Both the position numbers and the translations under genes were made by a program. A DNA stretch of 62,344 bases, filler included, from Bipalium vagum (taxonomy: Eukaryota), in NCBI GenBank assembly GCA_037834085.1. It is 3 parts of 3 records of this genome, joined end to end, with 100 filler letters (N's around TTAATTAATTAA, not from the genome) between each part and the next. Parts side by side here need not be neighbours in the genome. Positions count along the whole stretch, not along the records: positions 40,452 to 62,344 come from JBBMKC010229860.1; 2 more parts are not named here. One strand, written 5' to 3'. How positions within the stretch are numbered: position 1 is the stretch's first letter; each line of letters begins with the position of its first letter. Positions 40,352 to 54,657 of this stretch are shown piece after piece. The notes below the pieces were generated by a model that saw nothing but the letters and a program-made list of their open reading frames with translations, did not search any database and was not told the origin of the DNA.

Positions 40352-40451
40352 NNNNNNNNNNNNNNNNNNNNNNNNNNNNNNNNNNNNNNNNNNNNTTAAT
40401 TAATTAANNNNNNNNNNNNNNNNNNNNNNNNNNNNNNNNNNNNNNNNNNNN
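40352..40451. other. Artificial contig spacer (N44-TTAATTAATTAA-N44)
   Basis: Same 100-nt construct as 16387-16486. Confidence 0.97.
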
Positions 40452-41569
40452 TAAAACAAAAAATCAGATACTACACATTTGATTTTTTTTAATAATTATC
40501 GGTTATATTACTATATTTTTAATATACAAAAATTATTATCAAGTACTGCATGTGCAATATTGAAAATGTAAACATTACTTATGCAGCGAAGCAAATAATG
40601 GAGTTACTCTTGCCCAGTTCCAAGATGAGAGTTGACACTGAGGCTGGCTATGCATGGCGTCTCACTTATCGTAAAAGTGTGATAAAATGTTAAGCCAATT
40701 TTATTCTGTTAAGTAAATGTATATAATTAACCTCAGTACAGAAAGAGGTGTAACATGAGTGATAAAATTTATGAACTAAAATTCAATATTTTCTTCAATT
40801 TTAATGTGAGAGAATAATTTAAATTGATTAATTAAATTAATAAATCATATGCACATCGATTTATTTTCTTAATTTTTCTTTATTTGTGTAACAAAAACTA
40901 ATAAAACAATTCTTCCTATAAATATTTATCACTATAATGAGACGGTTTGGAAATGAAAAACATTTCGGAAAATAATTACTGTAAACTCAGAAAACCCTCA
41001 TTTTTAAAGGTACCGCACTGAACCCCATTGATACCAATCATCATTGTCCAAATGAAAATCACTCCTCTTCAAAAATCACTGTTTGCTGAGACAAAATGAT
41101 GAGACAGAAACACAATCAAAGCTTAATAAATACAATGAAGATTTTTTCGCTCTCCATTGAACTTGTTCATAAACAGTTTACAGGTGAAAAACTTCAATTT
41201 TGAGAGAATACGTAAATCCTACAATGAATAAAAAGTTGAAACATAATTTTAGGAGTTAAATGTAGCTCTATTTCGCTTCAAACACAAATGACGTCACTTA
41301 TTAAACTGACTGAGAGGAAGATTGACTTTTTCAAAAATAAATTTATCAGAAGTACTGCTTTGCACTACAAATAATTTTCTTATAGACTCAACTTGATAAA
41401 TTAATTATTAGTCAGAAACCCTCTTGCATTTAGAAAGCTTGAAAAGTCATAAAGAATGATAATCTTTCTGCCTAAATATGTGGGAAATTTTAAATAAAAA
41501 TAACGAAGAAAACGAAGAGAAATAAAATTCGCTGTGACCGTTCGGGATATTTCAATTGTGGGTGCGAAT

Positions 41570-41880
41570 ATTAAAACAAATTTTGAAAACTTTTAACTTT
41601 TATAACGGCCTGCAACCCTTAAAATGTCTTTTAAGAGTCCACCTACAGTTATGTTTTCAAATGGGCTGATCTGGACAAGGCCTATCGGGAAGATCATGAT
41701 TGCTACTTTTGAATATCTGAAAACAAAATCTGCATGCTCTTTCAGATGGAGAAAACTCACCATAAGTCTTGAAAAATATTCGATAGGCCTCCACCGCAAT
41801 TTTCTTCATATCGAATTAATGCAGCAGTACATGTCAAAAAAACTGTTTATCACGTTCCAAATTTTCAGATAAAAATTGAT
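41570..41880 (-). mobile_element. Mariner transposase N-terminal relic
   Basis: KKIAVEAYRIFFKTYGEFSPSERACRFCFQIFKSSNHDLPDRPCPDQP resembles the mariner HTH (KTAAESHRML...GE..P....C..WF..FKSG). Confidence 0.75.
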
Positions 41881-42278
41881 AAAATTGTATCTTGAATTCT
41901 ATTTTATTTTTGAATTTTTAATTATTTATGATAAATATATTAATCACAAAATTGACCACTTTGAATTTCTGTATTATTTAAACAATATCTATTTAAATGA
42001 AGTTATTGAATTATTAATATACGACCTCACAAATAATATATGATACCCATTTAATTTATTCATTGAACTTAAAATTTTAACACATTTTTGTAAATACGGA
42101 ATCATACTAATACATCTAAAATAACTTATTTTAAGTTTCACCTTTCAAGAATAAATTAATTTAAAAATACCGCTCTTTATTTTCAACGACGGAAATTAAT
42201 TAAAACACTGAATGTTTTAAAAACTATACAAATTAATATATTTGATTATTTAATAATCTTGTAATATTAATATATATA

Positions 42279-42289
<11 letters not shown>

Positions 42290-42343
<54 letters not shown>
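42290..42343. repeat. (ATT)n microsatellite
   Basis: Perfect ATT array read directly. Confidence 0.95.
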
Positions 42344-42345
<2 letters not shown>

Positions 42346-43271
42346 CTTAGTTAAAACCATTCAATAAGATCATTAATACATTTAACATCTCAAAATCAAT
42401 TGCTCAAACAAAAAATTGTTTACTTATTTCAAACATTTTTCTCTCTTGTTCATGAATAAATAAATTTTTGTTTAAATCAGAAAGATATATATTTTTTAAT
42501 TTCTAAAACATTTACATTAAAATTACGACTATTTGTCAATCTCGATTTTTATGAACAGTATCAAAATCACTGGAGAGTAGAATCCATCAGGAAAAAGAGA
42601 TAGGAATATAAATATTTTATTTATTATTCTTTTGAAATGCGATTTCGACAAAATGACATATGTAAATACAATATTCATTGAGCTCGTTCCCTGCGTAATG
42701 CTCATGTGTGCCGATGTGTTATCCCTCAATGCGTTAGGGAAACCATATACGGGAGAAAATCATATGGAAATCCAATTTAATTAACGTCAAGCATGTAACA
42801 ATTATTAATGAGATGATGCAAAAGTAGAATGATCATCCACTTGATATGTCTAAACGAGTATAGCTAAAGCAGTAAACTGGAGCATTGCAGAGAATTTGCA
42901 GACGTTTTTAGACTTCTTTAGACATTTTTAGACTTGTACTTGAACCTCGTCCTTGGTTACATTTTATCTCATTACAGTTAATCTTAATTAAAAAGAAAGG
43001 GACAAGTGATGGAAAAACCTTTTTCTCATTAATTAATTATTATTTACAATCTATAAATAAATTATATAAAAAACTTTAAAATTATATTTTTCACAGTACT
43101 GTCAAGCTTGAGATTGGAAGCCCTGGACTGCTTCTGAACAAAACGTTGAGAAAACTGAACTTTGGGAATAAACCGTCATAGTTTTATTGAAATTCGATTA
43201 GAAAATCGGAAAATGTGCAATTTAAATACAGTTTTTGTGTTGATAATTATTTTTGTTAGTTGAGAATTAAT

Positions 43272-43338
43272 CGGAGATACCGGAATTCGAACCCAGGACC
43301 TTTCACGTGGACTGCTTTGACTGTTAAGCTATCCCTCC
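43272..43338 (-). pseudogene. tRNA-like sequence (pseudo-tRNA or SINE head); isotype not assignable
   Basis: GGAGGGA-TAGCTTAACAGTCAAAGC-AGTCCACGTGAAAGGTC-CTGGGTTCGAATTCCGG-TATCTCC-G has an acceptor stem, an A-box-like D arm and a GGTTCGAAT B-box/T arm. The anticodon arm is too short. Confidence 0.75.
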
Positions 43339-45359
43339 AATTAATTTTCAATCAATCTTAAAATTTTAAATAATTAAATCTCTTGGATTAATCTTCGTTT
43401 CACTGATCTGTTCATGAACCATGAATACCAATGATTTGAATCTGTGATTCCAATATTATGGAATCACAGAATATTCTAGAATTCCAAAGAAATAGAGACA
43501 TTGCCGCAGTGAAATTTTTGAGTACAACCAGTGTTACTATGATAACATAACATAAGGAGATCGAAATATTTTAAATTTCTGAACTGCTATAGTTACAAAA
43601 AAAAATTTTATTCAAAAATGTATTCTTTATTTTTAGTTATTGGTCGATTTTTGTAATATTTCGCAAGTTTTACCTTTCACCGCATTTATACGTAAGTGGT
43701 ATTTTGGTCTATTGTCAAATTAATGTTTTCAGCAACTTTCGAAGCTGTGTGTCTTAATTTCCATTGGTATAATCAATTTGTGAAAAATTCTTTGTCAGTT
43801 TCTACGTCTTTCTTGGTAGTTTTTTTTAAGAATTTATTGGAATATTTAAACAAATATGATATAAAATATTTTAATTATTTAATATTTGTATGAGAATTTC
43901 AAAATCAATATAAATGATTAAAAATATTTGCGAAAAATTAACAATTGAAATCGGATATTTAATTGGACACAGCTTAAACTCAATAATATAACAGCCTTGA
44001 AAAATGTTAAAGACTTCTTTTGAAACTTTCTTGACCAGAAATCCGATTGATAAGTTAGTTGATAACATTGTTCATTTATTCCATTACAATAAAATCAGAA
44101 CTGCTAGGGGTTAGAGTTTCCTTAACCACACCAATACAATATTTTTAAATTAAGCTTTAAAATAATTAGGTGAATTTACGTTAAGAACCTTCTAATAAAA
44201 CGTGAAAGGCTCTCTTTTACCATGTAACGAAAAATGATAACTTCTCAGAAAATTAATCTTTCCTTACTTCGCAAAGTTTTATAGCACTCGCTGAATTATA
44301 TTGTTATCCTGTTAGAAGATTTCTTTGCAGATGAGCAATTGGAGCTGAAGAATTTGTCTACCATACTTTCTAAACTTTTTAAAAACATTTCTTCATTAGG
44401 AATTATTTGTTTTCTGGATCTCACTAATTTATCTTGCACTAATTCATCATTTGAGTTACAGATTGCACTATTTATGTTTCGTTGTGTTATCCGAAAGATC
44501 TTCTTTCTTTCGTCTTATACTTCCACTCTGTATGAAAAATACTTCATTCTGACATCATGGAATAGTTATATATACGGCAAAATCTTTTCGTTTCCCGATC
44601 AAACACGATTGTCTTTGAACGAAATTTAGATAATTATTTGTGTTTGTGATAATCACCACCTATTACCAGTATAATTATAATGCTGTCCCCTGATCAGGAG
44701 CTGCAAATGTATTGCATATAGCTCTGATCGGATCAGTCACAAAAGTTCAAAGGCAAATAAAAATACGAATATCAAATCAATAATTATGACCTTTAATAAA
44801 ATGAAAGAATACCAAATGTATTTTATCTTCAAATAATCAAAAAAATTTCAATTTATGTTGGAAAAATTCTCAAATTTACAGAGGAATACCTTGAACACCT
44901 TTAAGAAATATTGTGGATTTTGCATTGAGCTTTTTCATTTCAACTTATGGGACTCTATTTTCATTGAAATTATTACTATTATTATTATTTTCATTATTGA
45001 TTTAATTTAATTATGCAATGTAATCATTTAATTATCGATTTAATTAAAATTTACATAGATAATCTAATTCTCATCTCCAGTTACCATAATATCTAAAAGG
45101 AGCACACGGTCCATAAATTGACCTAATGTCTGTCTGGAAAGTATTGAAGGCGAAATGGTAATTCTATAAAACAATGTTATGTTGAGACAGTTTGTGCGGA
45201 TCATTATACAGTATGAAAAAACATCCCAATAGACTTCAAATGAGTTAAAACTGTTGTTTAATATTTACCAAGAATTTGCCTCAACTAATTAACTGTTATA
45301 TTAGAACTACAGTCGATTATTTGACTTAAAGCATCGTTTTCTAGTTCTTCATGATGACC

Positions 45360-45685
45360 CGTCTTTATGAGATTGTCAAGATCAAAATTATTTCATCTGA
45401 AGCGAAATAATCATTCACGAACTGTCCTTTCATAAACAACAATTGGATATCTTTCACAGATATGTTGCGCGATCTCCGAAGCATTTGATCCATGACGAAA
45501 CTCGTAGGGTATCAAATTTTTAATGTGATGGCTACATCTGTTAGTTGAAATGAAAATTTTTAATGATTTTAAATCAAAGACCATAAATAGATTTATTGAT
45601 TGATTCATCAAATTATTAAGAAAATTATGATAACTAAGTGGCTTTAATAATGAAATAATCAGCCGAAACATTCCAGCCGACCTAA
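45360..45685 (-). mobile_element. Mariner 5' relic
   Basis: HIKNLIPYEFRHGSNASEIAQHICE...ERTVRE*..RFR..NFDLD (mariner HTH), with the TIR-like TTAGGTCGGCTGGAATGTTTCGG. Confidence 0.8.
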
Positions 45686-48429
45686 AAATATAAAAACTTT
45701 TTTATGATAAATAAATAAACAATAAAAATTATTTTATAAATTTATCGTCCTATTTTATCATACCATATTAAAAAATCATAAAATTTAAATATTTATCTAG
45801 ACAATAATTAAATTAATAAAAATAAAACAAATAAATTGAAAAAGAAATATTTCTGTAAATATCCTTAATAATCTTAAGACAAGAGATTATTCCACAATCA
45901 GCTTGAAGTGCCAATTTACATTCCACGTTAATTTAAACAAAAAAAGATAATAAAATAAATTTCAATAAAATTATATAAAAATTTTTATTTCACATTTTTC
46001 AATCAATTGAAAATTTTATCACAAAGGAAATCCGATAGACCCTGTGAGCGCAAAAAATCTCGGAAAATTATTCATGTCAGAAAAAAGTGAAAAATGTTAC
46101 AGAAAAAAAAGTTTAAGAACATTAAAAATTAATCAGAAAGTAATTCTTGGATAATTTATTTTAATAAAAAGTATATCAGTTGCGTGATATTTCAAACTGG
46201 GATATTTATTCGATAATCTAGATGGATTCCGTGCAATTTACAATAAGAGAAATATATTTTTAAAGAGGCTTTCCATATTTAAATTGGTATAAAATGAAAA
46301 TTATAAATTAAAACTGGTTGAGGTTTAACAGAATTAGCATTTTGATTAAATTGAAAAAAACTAAGTTTTGGAAAATTAATTTATAAAAATTTTATAGAAA
46401 AATTGATTTAGGAAATTAATTTTCTCTTTCAATCAATTTAATTTTTTTCGTTATAATTTTGAAAATATAAAATAATCAAATGATTTTCACAAATTTTAAA
46501 ATAAGCATATCTTTTTAAGAAGTGAAAAAAAAGTAATTTTTTTATTTTTAATTATATTAAATTTTTCTTATATATTTTTATTGGTTATATATTTTGTGGT
46601 TAATTAATTTTTTTTTATTAAATTTTATTTAAAATAATTAAAATTTTAATTTTTAAAATTTAAATAATTTGTGAAAATTTTAAAAAAATAATTAAAATTT
46701 TTATAAAGGATTCCAAATAAATTTCATTTTTTTGGGAATATTTTTTTATAATTTAATTTACTGAAGCTTTGGTTGTCTTTCAAATAAAATAAGATTATCA
46801 AATTTTTTGATTTTTGTCTCAGCTCTTTGAAGTATTACCTTTACCTTGATTTCATTGTTAAGTTGGTTCCTTACGTTTATCAATAATTGCTTGTTCTTGT
46901 AAATGATGTTGGTAATCCAGTTCTGTGTAGTTTTATGTATGAATGCAATAAATAAAATAATATAATAAATAATAAATAATAATAATAAATAATAATAAAT
47001 AAATAATAATAAATTCAAATAATATGGACAATTGAAACTTCAACCCACAAATTCTCAAATAGACTTTTGGTATGTCTGATAAAAAGATCCAATTACCCTT
47101 TCAGTAATAAAATAATATTTTGTAACTTTTTCTAACCGCTTTAAATATTTCACTTAAATATTTTAAGTTTTTGAAGTGTAGGATTGCTGATATTTCCTAG
47201 CTGACTCTTAGAAAATATGAAGGTCGTGTACCAATCAAAAAATAACAAAGATAACAATAATAACGCTTTTTATAACTTTTATTGACTATATTAATAAATG
47301 TTTGAATAACAATTGATAATTCAAAATATCAATAGATCAAAATAACAACGTTAATTAATTAAAGATCTCAATCTACACTAGGAAGAGTGTAGACAATATT
47401 AAGGGAAAATATCGACTAGTTCACCAGACTATAAATGTCAGAAAATAAGCACAAAAGGAAGAAGCTGGAAATAATTAAATTTTAACAAAAGCAGATACGG
47501 AAATAATATTCACGTTCTATGTAACATACTTTAATTAAATACTGTGAATATAATAATTCACTTACGATTTTATCTTTATATATAGTTGAATTGTGATAAC
47601 TCAATATTATATTTTCTAAGTTATTTTAAATTTCAAAATTTTAATAGTTATAATAAGATTTTAAGCTTAAATTTTTTAAAAAGTGAATTTATGACTTTCA
47701 GTTGTGAATTTAATTAATTGGTTAGATTACTTAACGAAAACAAATTGGCATTCTCAATATTTTATCCGAAACAACCTCGATTTTCGGTTCTCTATTTTGA
47801 ATTAGTGGCACTTGGTTTCTTCAAAATAATCTGTTAAATCGTTTTTCAATTTGAAATTAAATAAAAAATAACTATCTTTACAATTTAGTTTCTTTTCTAT
47901 AGCATATTATACATGATGTGTTTAAAGTATCTGGTTTTGGAGCTCAAAAAATGTTATCAAAATTAAATATATTCAATTTACAGTTTCCTAAGAGAATTTC
48001 TAAAAATTTTTAATTGTTTTAACCATTTTATATTATTGACTTCATATCAGTAAATTCAAATTTTAATAATGTATTACATTGAAAAAGACTAATACTAACT
48101 GTTTTACTGAGACCAAAAATGGAATCAGTCAAATTAATCATGTGGTATTTAGAATGTTTGAAATGGAGAAGGATACCTACAGCAAAGAAAATTTTGCAAA
48201 TATCTGCCAAATTTGTGTCTGTTAAAAAAGTACACAATGTTTTACGGGTCATTTTGATAAACATAGTAACAAAAGTTTTTGTAATTGTTTATGTTTTTGA
48301 AATATATGAATATCATTGTTAATTATCATAATGAGAAAAATTGTTTTGTTTATCTGAATGAATAACAGTTCGATGCGCAATTCAAAACATTTCAACTCGA
48401 CATCTGAACATAATAAAGTACTATGAAAT

Positions 48430-49434
48430 CACACAAAAGCTGAGACTGTGTGACATTTTACCCCGTTTTATTTTTGCAGACGAGCAATATATTCCATCAT
48501 TGAACGTTATGAGAAGACTGAGAACTTAGGAAGAAAACTTGGAAGTGAGAGGAAGGCCTTAAAAATTACCACAAAAAAGAAGTAACAACTTTTAAAGAGT
48601 ACCCCAGTATTAGCATATCGGATTGTCTGGAAATTAGCTCGAAAATTTAATATTTCTAAATCATATGTGCATGATATCTTGAAAAAGAACAACATTGTAT
48701 TTAGAAAGAGAAAAAATCTCCAAAAGTGTCAGCATCACAGATTCTTAGTCAGGAATGTGGTTTGCGATTACTGTCCGAAAAAAGACGCACTTTGTGCTTG
48801 ATGATGACAGTTATTTTACTTTGGCAGGAGCCAAAATTCTCTCCAAAGGTTTTGGTTTTGGAAGCTATTTCGAAACAGGGAGTTTCTTGTTTGTGCATCA
48901 GAAAATCTAACGCAGAAGCCCTGAACTCTGGAATTTATGTCAAAGAGTGTTCAACCAAGCATCTTTTACCGTTTCTTAATGAAAAATACCCAATTGGTCA
49001 CTTTTTATTCTCTCCGGAACTTGCTTTATGCGATTATTCATAGGAGACACTGACCTGGCTCAAAGCCCAAAAAGTACCATTTATAAAAAAGAATAGAAAT
49101 CCTCCATGTGCTCCTATGTTACGGCCAATTTAAACTTTCTGGGCTCTTTTGAAGGTGTAAATATATCATGGTGGTTGGACAGCCAATTCCCGGGATCAGT
49201 TAACTCGTAAGATCAAAGTTAAGGTGAAAATGTTTTATACTACCTGAACATTTTTTCAAACTTTACTAGCAAAATCATGTTACATGTTCTAATGGTTTGA
49301 ACAACTGGATTTAGCGTTAGCGCAATTATTAAAATATTATGTTATTTTGTGTTAAATTTCTTTTTGTTCTGCTCTATAATATATATGTTATAGCAATTCC
49401 AAAACATGTGCACTTTTTTAAGGGATTAATGTTA
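48430..49434 (+). mobile_element. Degenerate DD37E-type Tc1/mariner element
   Basis: LARKFNISKSYV, LDDDSYFTL, KVLV..AIS..G.S and LLPFLNE.....FLFSPELA...NPPCAPMLRPI*TFWALLK. There are 37 residues between the (W)PDLA-equivalent acidic position and the RPIE position, which is now TAA. Confidence 0.82.
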
Positions 49435-51639
49435 TTTGTGATCTTCGAATTTCCGGAAAAACATCAATAGTAGATGATAAAATACCTGAAAAAGATTTGA
49501 AACATCGCTAAGAAATACTATTAAGGAAGTCGATTGCAGTTTTAAACCTGTACACAATCTAGTACGAAACGATCTTCAACTTTATTTATACAAGATCCAA
49601 ATAAAATATAACTTGCATGAAGAAGTTGAAGGAATTGCAATGTAAAATAGCTTTATAATGAAATCAACAATAATCTAACCTGACTTTCACCGGTTTATAG
49701 AAAAAAAATCAAAACCCATCCAAGACCCGAAAAATATTATTATGGAAACAGCTAGAATATCATCGCTTACATACGTGTGCTATGTAGAAAAATTTTGAAT
49801 TTTAATTGATAAATTTTACTGCGTCAAACATACGCAGTCTTATTTTGAATACATTTTACGATATTAAATTTTTAAATCGGTTACTTAGTCTACTTGCACC
49901 CTGTATTCATTAAACATTGTAAGCACCTCAAATCTGTATCAAATATTTTCGAAATATTTTTGGTAATTTTTTCATTATTTTCATTAACAACAATAACCTT
50001 GAATTATTTAAACAGTGAAGTGGCACGCATAGTGCAAGTCATTCATAATTGTGTTATATTTTACAGAATGTTCAAATGTTTAAAGAAATCTAATATAAAA
50101 TTACTAAAAAATATGTTAGTATTATGATAATTATTTGTATGTTATTTAATATTATTATATGTTAATATTATATTATCATTATATTATTTAATATTATTAA
50201 TTTATTATTATTAATTTTTAATATTATTATTATTAAAATCATTAGTAATATAAATATTCCAATACTAGACCTCAAAATAATTTATTTATTTATTTATAAA
50301 TAAAAACCAATTAGATATTTTAACAAATGAAGCAATAAACTTTGAATTTCTTAATTAAATCGAAATATTTTTCTTTTAAACGAATGAAATATAACTAGTT
50401 TATTCCCCAATGTAAAATAAATCAGCGTTAGATAAATAATTTATCAAAAACGAAAATTGAAAGGAAAAGGAATAATAAATTTTTAAAAAATTAGAATCAA
50501 AAAATAAAAAGTGAAAGAAAAAACTAATTTTTTAAAGTCTTCTTCACGATTGGACAAGATTTTCAATTCTCTGAAAATATCTCAAAAATAAAAATTTATT
50601 ATAGTAAAAAAATTTAATTAATTAATTAATTATGTAACGTCGTTAATTAAATACTCTGAAAACAATTGTTAATTTAATCATGAACCAAAAAGAGCTGTCA
50701 ATGTTACAGACACAACATGAATCTCTGACTACTCTGGGAAGGAGAGAATATCAATAGCAAAACTTCATTTATTTTTATTTATAAGCCCCAATGAATGTCC
50801 TCTGTTATTTATGCATCAATTACGTTTGTAAGTGTATAATCTTTTTTGTTCTGATGGGGAATTAATAGGAAAACTAATTATGAGATCATGGGCTTCGTTA
50901 TTGTTTCATTAATTAATTAAAAATCGTTCACCATCTCACTTCACCCAATCAAATATTTCTTAAATCCTTTTAATAATATTCGATTCCCAAAGTGTCAAAA
51001 GGTTTATTCTATCATGTAAAGGTTCATATAGAATTATAGAAAATAATTTTTCTTTCAAATAATTCATTCCTTTTAGTGAAGATTTTATAAAATAATAAAT
51101 AATAAAAAGAAAAAGAAAAAGAAACAAACATGAATATGCTTCTCTTCGAGCCTTGTAGGGGGAAAGGATAGCGTTTGTCTTCCTATATATCTGTTTACTT
51201 CAGAAATATATATCAATTCACCTGACAGTATTTTTTCATATACAACATCAACACATGACTTACCTATGAAAGGAGATAATATTCTTCGAAATACATGTAA
51301 AGATTGAGCATCTTTAGTTTTCCTTCTTATAAGATATAAATGAAAAGAAAAACATTTTTATGAAAAGGTAAAAGATTTTTAATATTTTACTAATTATTTA
51401 AGAAATAATTCTGATAGACCTTTTATTTTGATATTTTTTATCCAGTTAATTAAATAATCATTGGTTAATAATAATCTCTGAAAAAAGTATTATCGTAAGT
51501 ATAATATAAATTAATAAAAGTTATTTGATAATAAATAATAAAATTATTAATTTAAAAATTGAGTATTTCTTAAAGTTGTTTGTTACATTTTAGAAAGATT
51601 ATTTTTACGACATTTCTTGATAAAAATTCTTAATAATAT

Positions 51640-52010
51640 TTTTTGGTATGCGTCGAACGTTTTTTAAATCGAGATGAAAACTTCCAAATTCCAAGGGAGG
51701 ATTTCTTGTGTTTTTCGCACGCTAATGTTAAGCATACAGGTAGCTCCTTTATTGTACTCCTTCTTTCGTTTTAGATCAATTGCTCGCAATGTTATTTTAA
51801 ATTTTCTTCATCAGTTTTCTCCTCATAATAAACATTTTCTACCACGACGAAACTGGGCAATTGTTTGTAAGATAATAAACAGTCGTTTCTGAACTACATT
51901 TATCCCCGTACATATAGGTTAGTTGACTGTGAATATTGGCATTCGATTTTCCACACAAGACGAGAAATTTTATGACCCCCCATATTCGATTGAATGCGTC
52001 ATTCTTTTAA
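51640..52010 (-). mobile_element. Mariner N-terminal relic
   Basis: VIKFLVLCGKSNANIHSQLTYMYGDKCSSETTV...QFRRGR matches the mariner HTH pattern. Confidence 0.75.
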
Positions 52011-52254
52011 TTCAAGCTCTAACTTACTGCAAAAGAAATGTTAAATAAAAATAAAATTCATTTCCATTAGCTAAATTAATTTTGATTTCAAATATAATCA
52101 ATTCATCAATTTCCAATTATATTTTCAAACCTATTCCGGGTACCTATGATACGCTCTACGTATATAAATCAGTTTGCAATCATTATTGTTTAGATAAGGT
52201 TTTCAGAATTCAAGATACTTTTATAAAATTATAGTATTTTATCTAGTTAAGGTT

Positions 52255-53400
52255 TTCTTTTGGTTCTGTGTTGTACGACAAAAAGTGACTTTTCACAACT
52301 TTAACTCGTGTACGAATCGACTCAGGGTCAGGTCATATAGAAAGAAACATAACTGACGTCAATTTTTCATAAATAAGTAACTGCTTGAATTATGATTTCT
52401 GTTTAGGGGAAACGGATCAATATTCATAATCATTAAAATAATCAATTCAAAGTAACAAATATTATTTTTATATAATTATTTTGAAATTCATTATAAATAT
52501 TTTCTGATAATTTGACTAATATTTATCAATCTTTCACTCTTTTATTTGTATATGTACCATGTAAGTACGAAAATTAACAAACCAGAGTTCCACGGTACAT
52601 AATGGTATATCTAAAAGGTGCTTTTCTTGTTTATGGAGATTGTATGATAATCATCTCCACAAAATTTGAAGTCGTCGTCAGTTAAATAAATATTACCCAC
52701 TTGGTGTTCAGAATTCTTTGGGTTTTCTTCTTCCGGTTAAGTTTCTTCAAAGATTTAGTATTGTTTATTATTTGATTATTATTTTAATGGCAAATGACAA
52801 AATAGGTGAATATTTACATCCTTTTTTTTATATTTATCATTTAAAAATATTTTCCGAAAAATAATTAATCGATTGATCAGGGATTCAATTGTGTCGAAAC
52901 TGGATTAGTATACAAAGGATTTCCGAATAAGTCTAATGTGCATAAAAAAGAAATAGTTTTTCATAACAAGAAATTACTCAAAGAAAGACTGACTTTAATA
53001 CCATGTTTGAACGCATGACGAAAGCATTTATTGTTTATGATAATGATTGGAAAAACACTGGCATATAGAAATAAAGATATACATTTCGCTTAGCAGCATA
53101 TTTATTAAAGATGTCGCAGTGGAATCGTGGAATGAAGTTCCTCAAATTGTTGTTAGAGAATGTTTTTAAGCATTTATATTCATCTAATGATAACCTTTTA
53201 TTGGATTTACACAATGATCAATGCTATGATGAAGATGAAATGAAAACATTATTAAATGCGGTATGTGCAGAAAATTTTTCGACTTCACCTGGTGTTATGG
53301 AATGAACTACAGGAGAAAATGAGGCTGCGAAGAAGTTGATATTAATGATAGTTGAAACCTAAATGATATTAATGTTAATGAATTTGTTATCCATAACGTT
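52255..53400 (+). mobile_element. pogo/Tigger (CENP-B-like DDE) transposase relic
   Basis: FNCVETGLVYKGFPNKS (FN.DETGLF...P), KERLTLIPCLNA (KERLT....NA) and SWNEVPQIVVRECF (AWNEV....NCF) occur in the expected order, with frameshifts. Confidence 0.78.
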
Positions 53401-54657
53401 TTCTTTTTGTATGAGAACAGCCTATACATTAGGGCCGCTGTTATTAATAAATACCTACAACTTCAAATTGACAATAGATTTTATGTTACATTTTTAAAAT
53501 ATGTTCTAAATCTATGCTTTATAACTTGTGTACTGCCCATCCTGTAATCTTTGAAGATATATTCCACGCAGATTTTCTGACTTTCTAAATAGATTTATCG
53601 AGTTTTTCATTATTTTAATTTTTTTTTTCTGGTCAAGTAATTCTTGCTAATACTTTTTCCCCAATTTACGTTTCCATAGTTTTCTTTTTTATTAACACAA
53701 ATAATATTATAATATGTTAGCTGCGATATCATCAAATTGAGACAGGTTTTAAGATATATTTTCTGTCATTAACAAAAACATTGTTACAATTTTCTCATAT
53801 TTGTATATTATTATTTTGAGTTTATTTTAAATGAAACGAAATAACTACATTGGCGAACTAAATTGAAGAACACAGAATTTTAAGATTTAATTAAATTGAT
53901 TTAAGTTTGATTTAATTTTAAATGGATTTCATTCGATATAAAGATGCAGAGTGCTGTTTTTGTTTAAAATGATTAATTGAATCTCAAAGTAATATTAATT
54001 TTTAGCTTTACTTTTGTAACTATATAGTATGTTAATTACACATAACTAAAGTGGTCTGTGTTAAAACTTCCATAAAGCTTCCATAAAAATGTCCACTAAA
54101 TAAAAATATCAAACTGGATTCTAAAAAAATGTGTAACATAAGAAATATCAAATTGACTTTGATCAGTGATATCGAAGTTCAAACATTCGTTTAAATATCT
54201 AAATTTATTTAATATATAATAAATAATATTAATGGTAATTATTTAAATTTGTATGTAATTTCAGCAGTTATAAAAACTCAATAAGTTTTAAGTTAACGAA
54301 TAATAACAAAAAGTTAACGATTTTTAAAATTAAAAATCAAATAATTATTTTATATCAATTTGAATATTTTTCAAAAATCATTAAAACAAATATTTTAATC
54401 AATAGATAATGTTAGTTAATGATCCTCAATATTAGATTTATCGAATTTATTTAATTTTTTAAATAATAAATAATATCTTTAAAAGAAAAAACATTAAATA
54501 TTAAGTCATCACAGTCTCTTTATAAAAATTTGAAGAACTATTTTTATTAACAATGTCACTACATTATTATAACCGATGATATTTCAAGGTCATTTAAATT
54601 AATCTAAGGGCGAGTTTTTAAGAAAAATTTTTTTGATTTCAATAATATATCAGATAA

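Noticed and set aside
52560-53305. Apparent short-intron host gene including ORF 53111-53305
   Set aside because: Other frames give ordered pogo/Tigger transposase motifs (FNC.ETGL, KERLT, SWNEV..CF), so it is better explained as a transposon relic.
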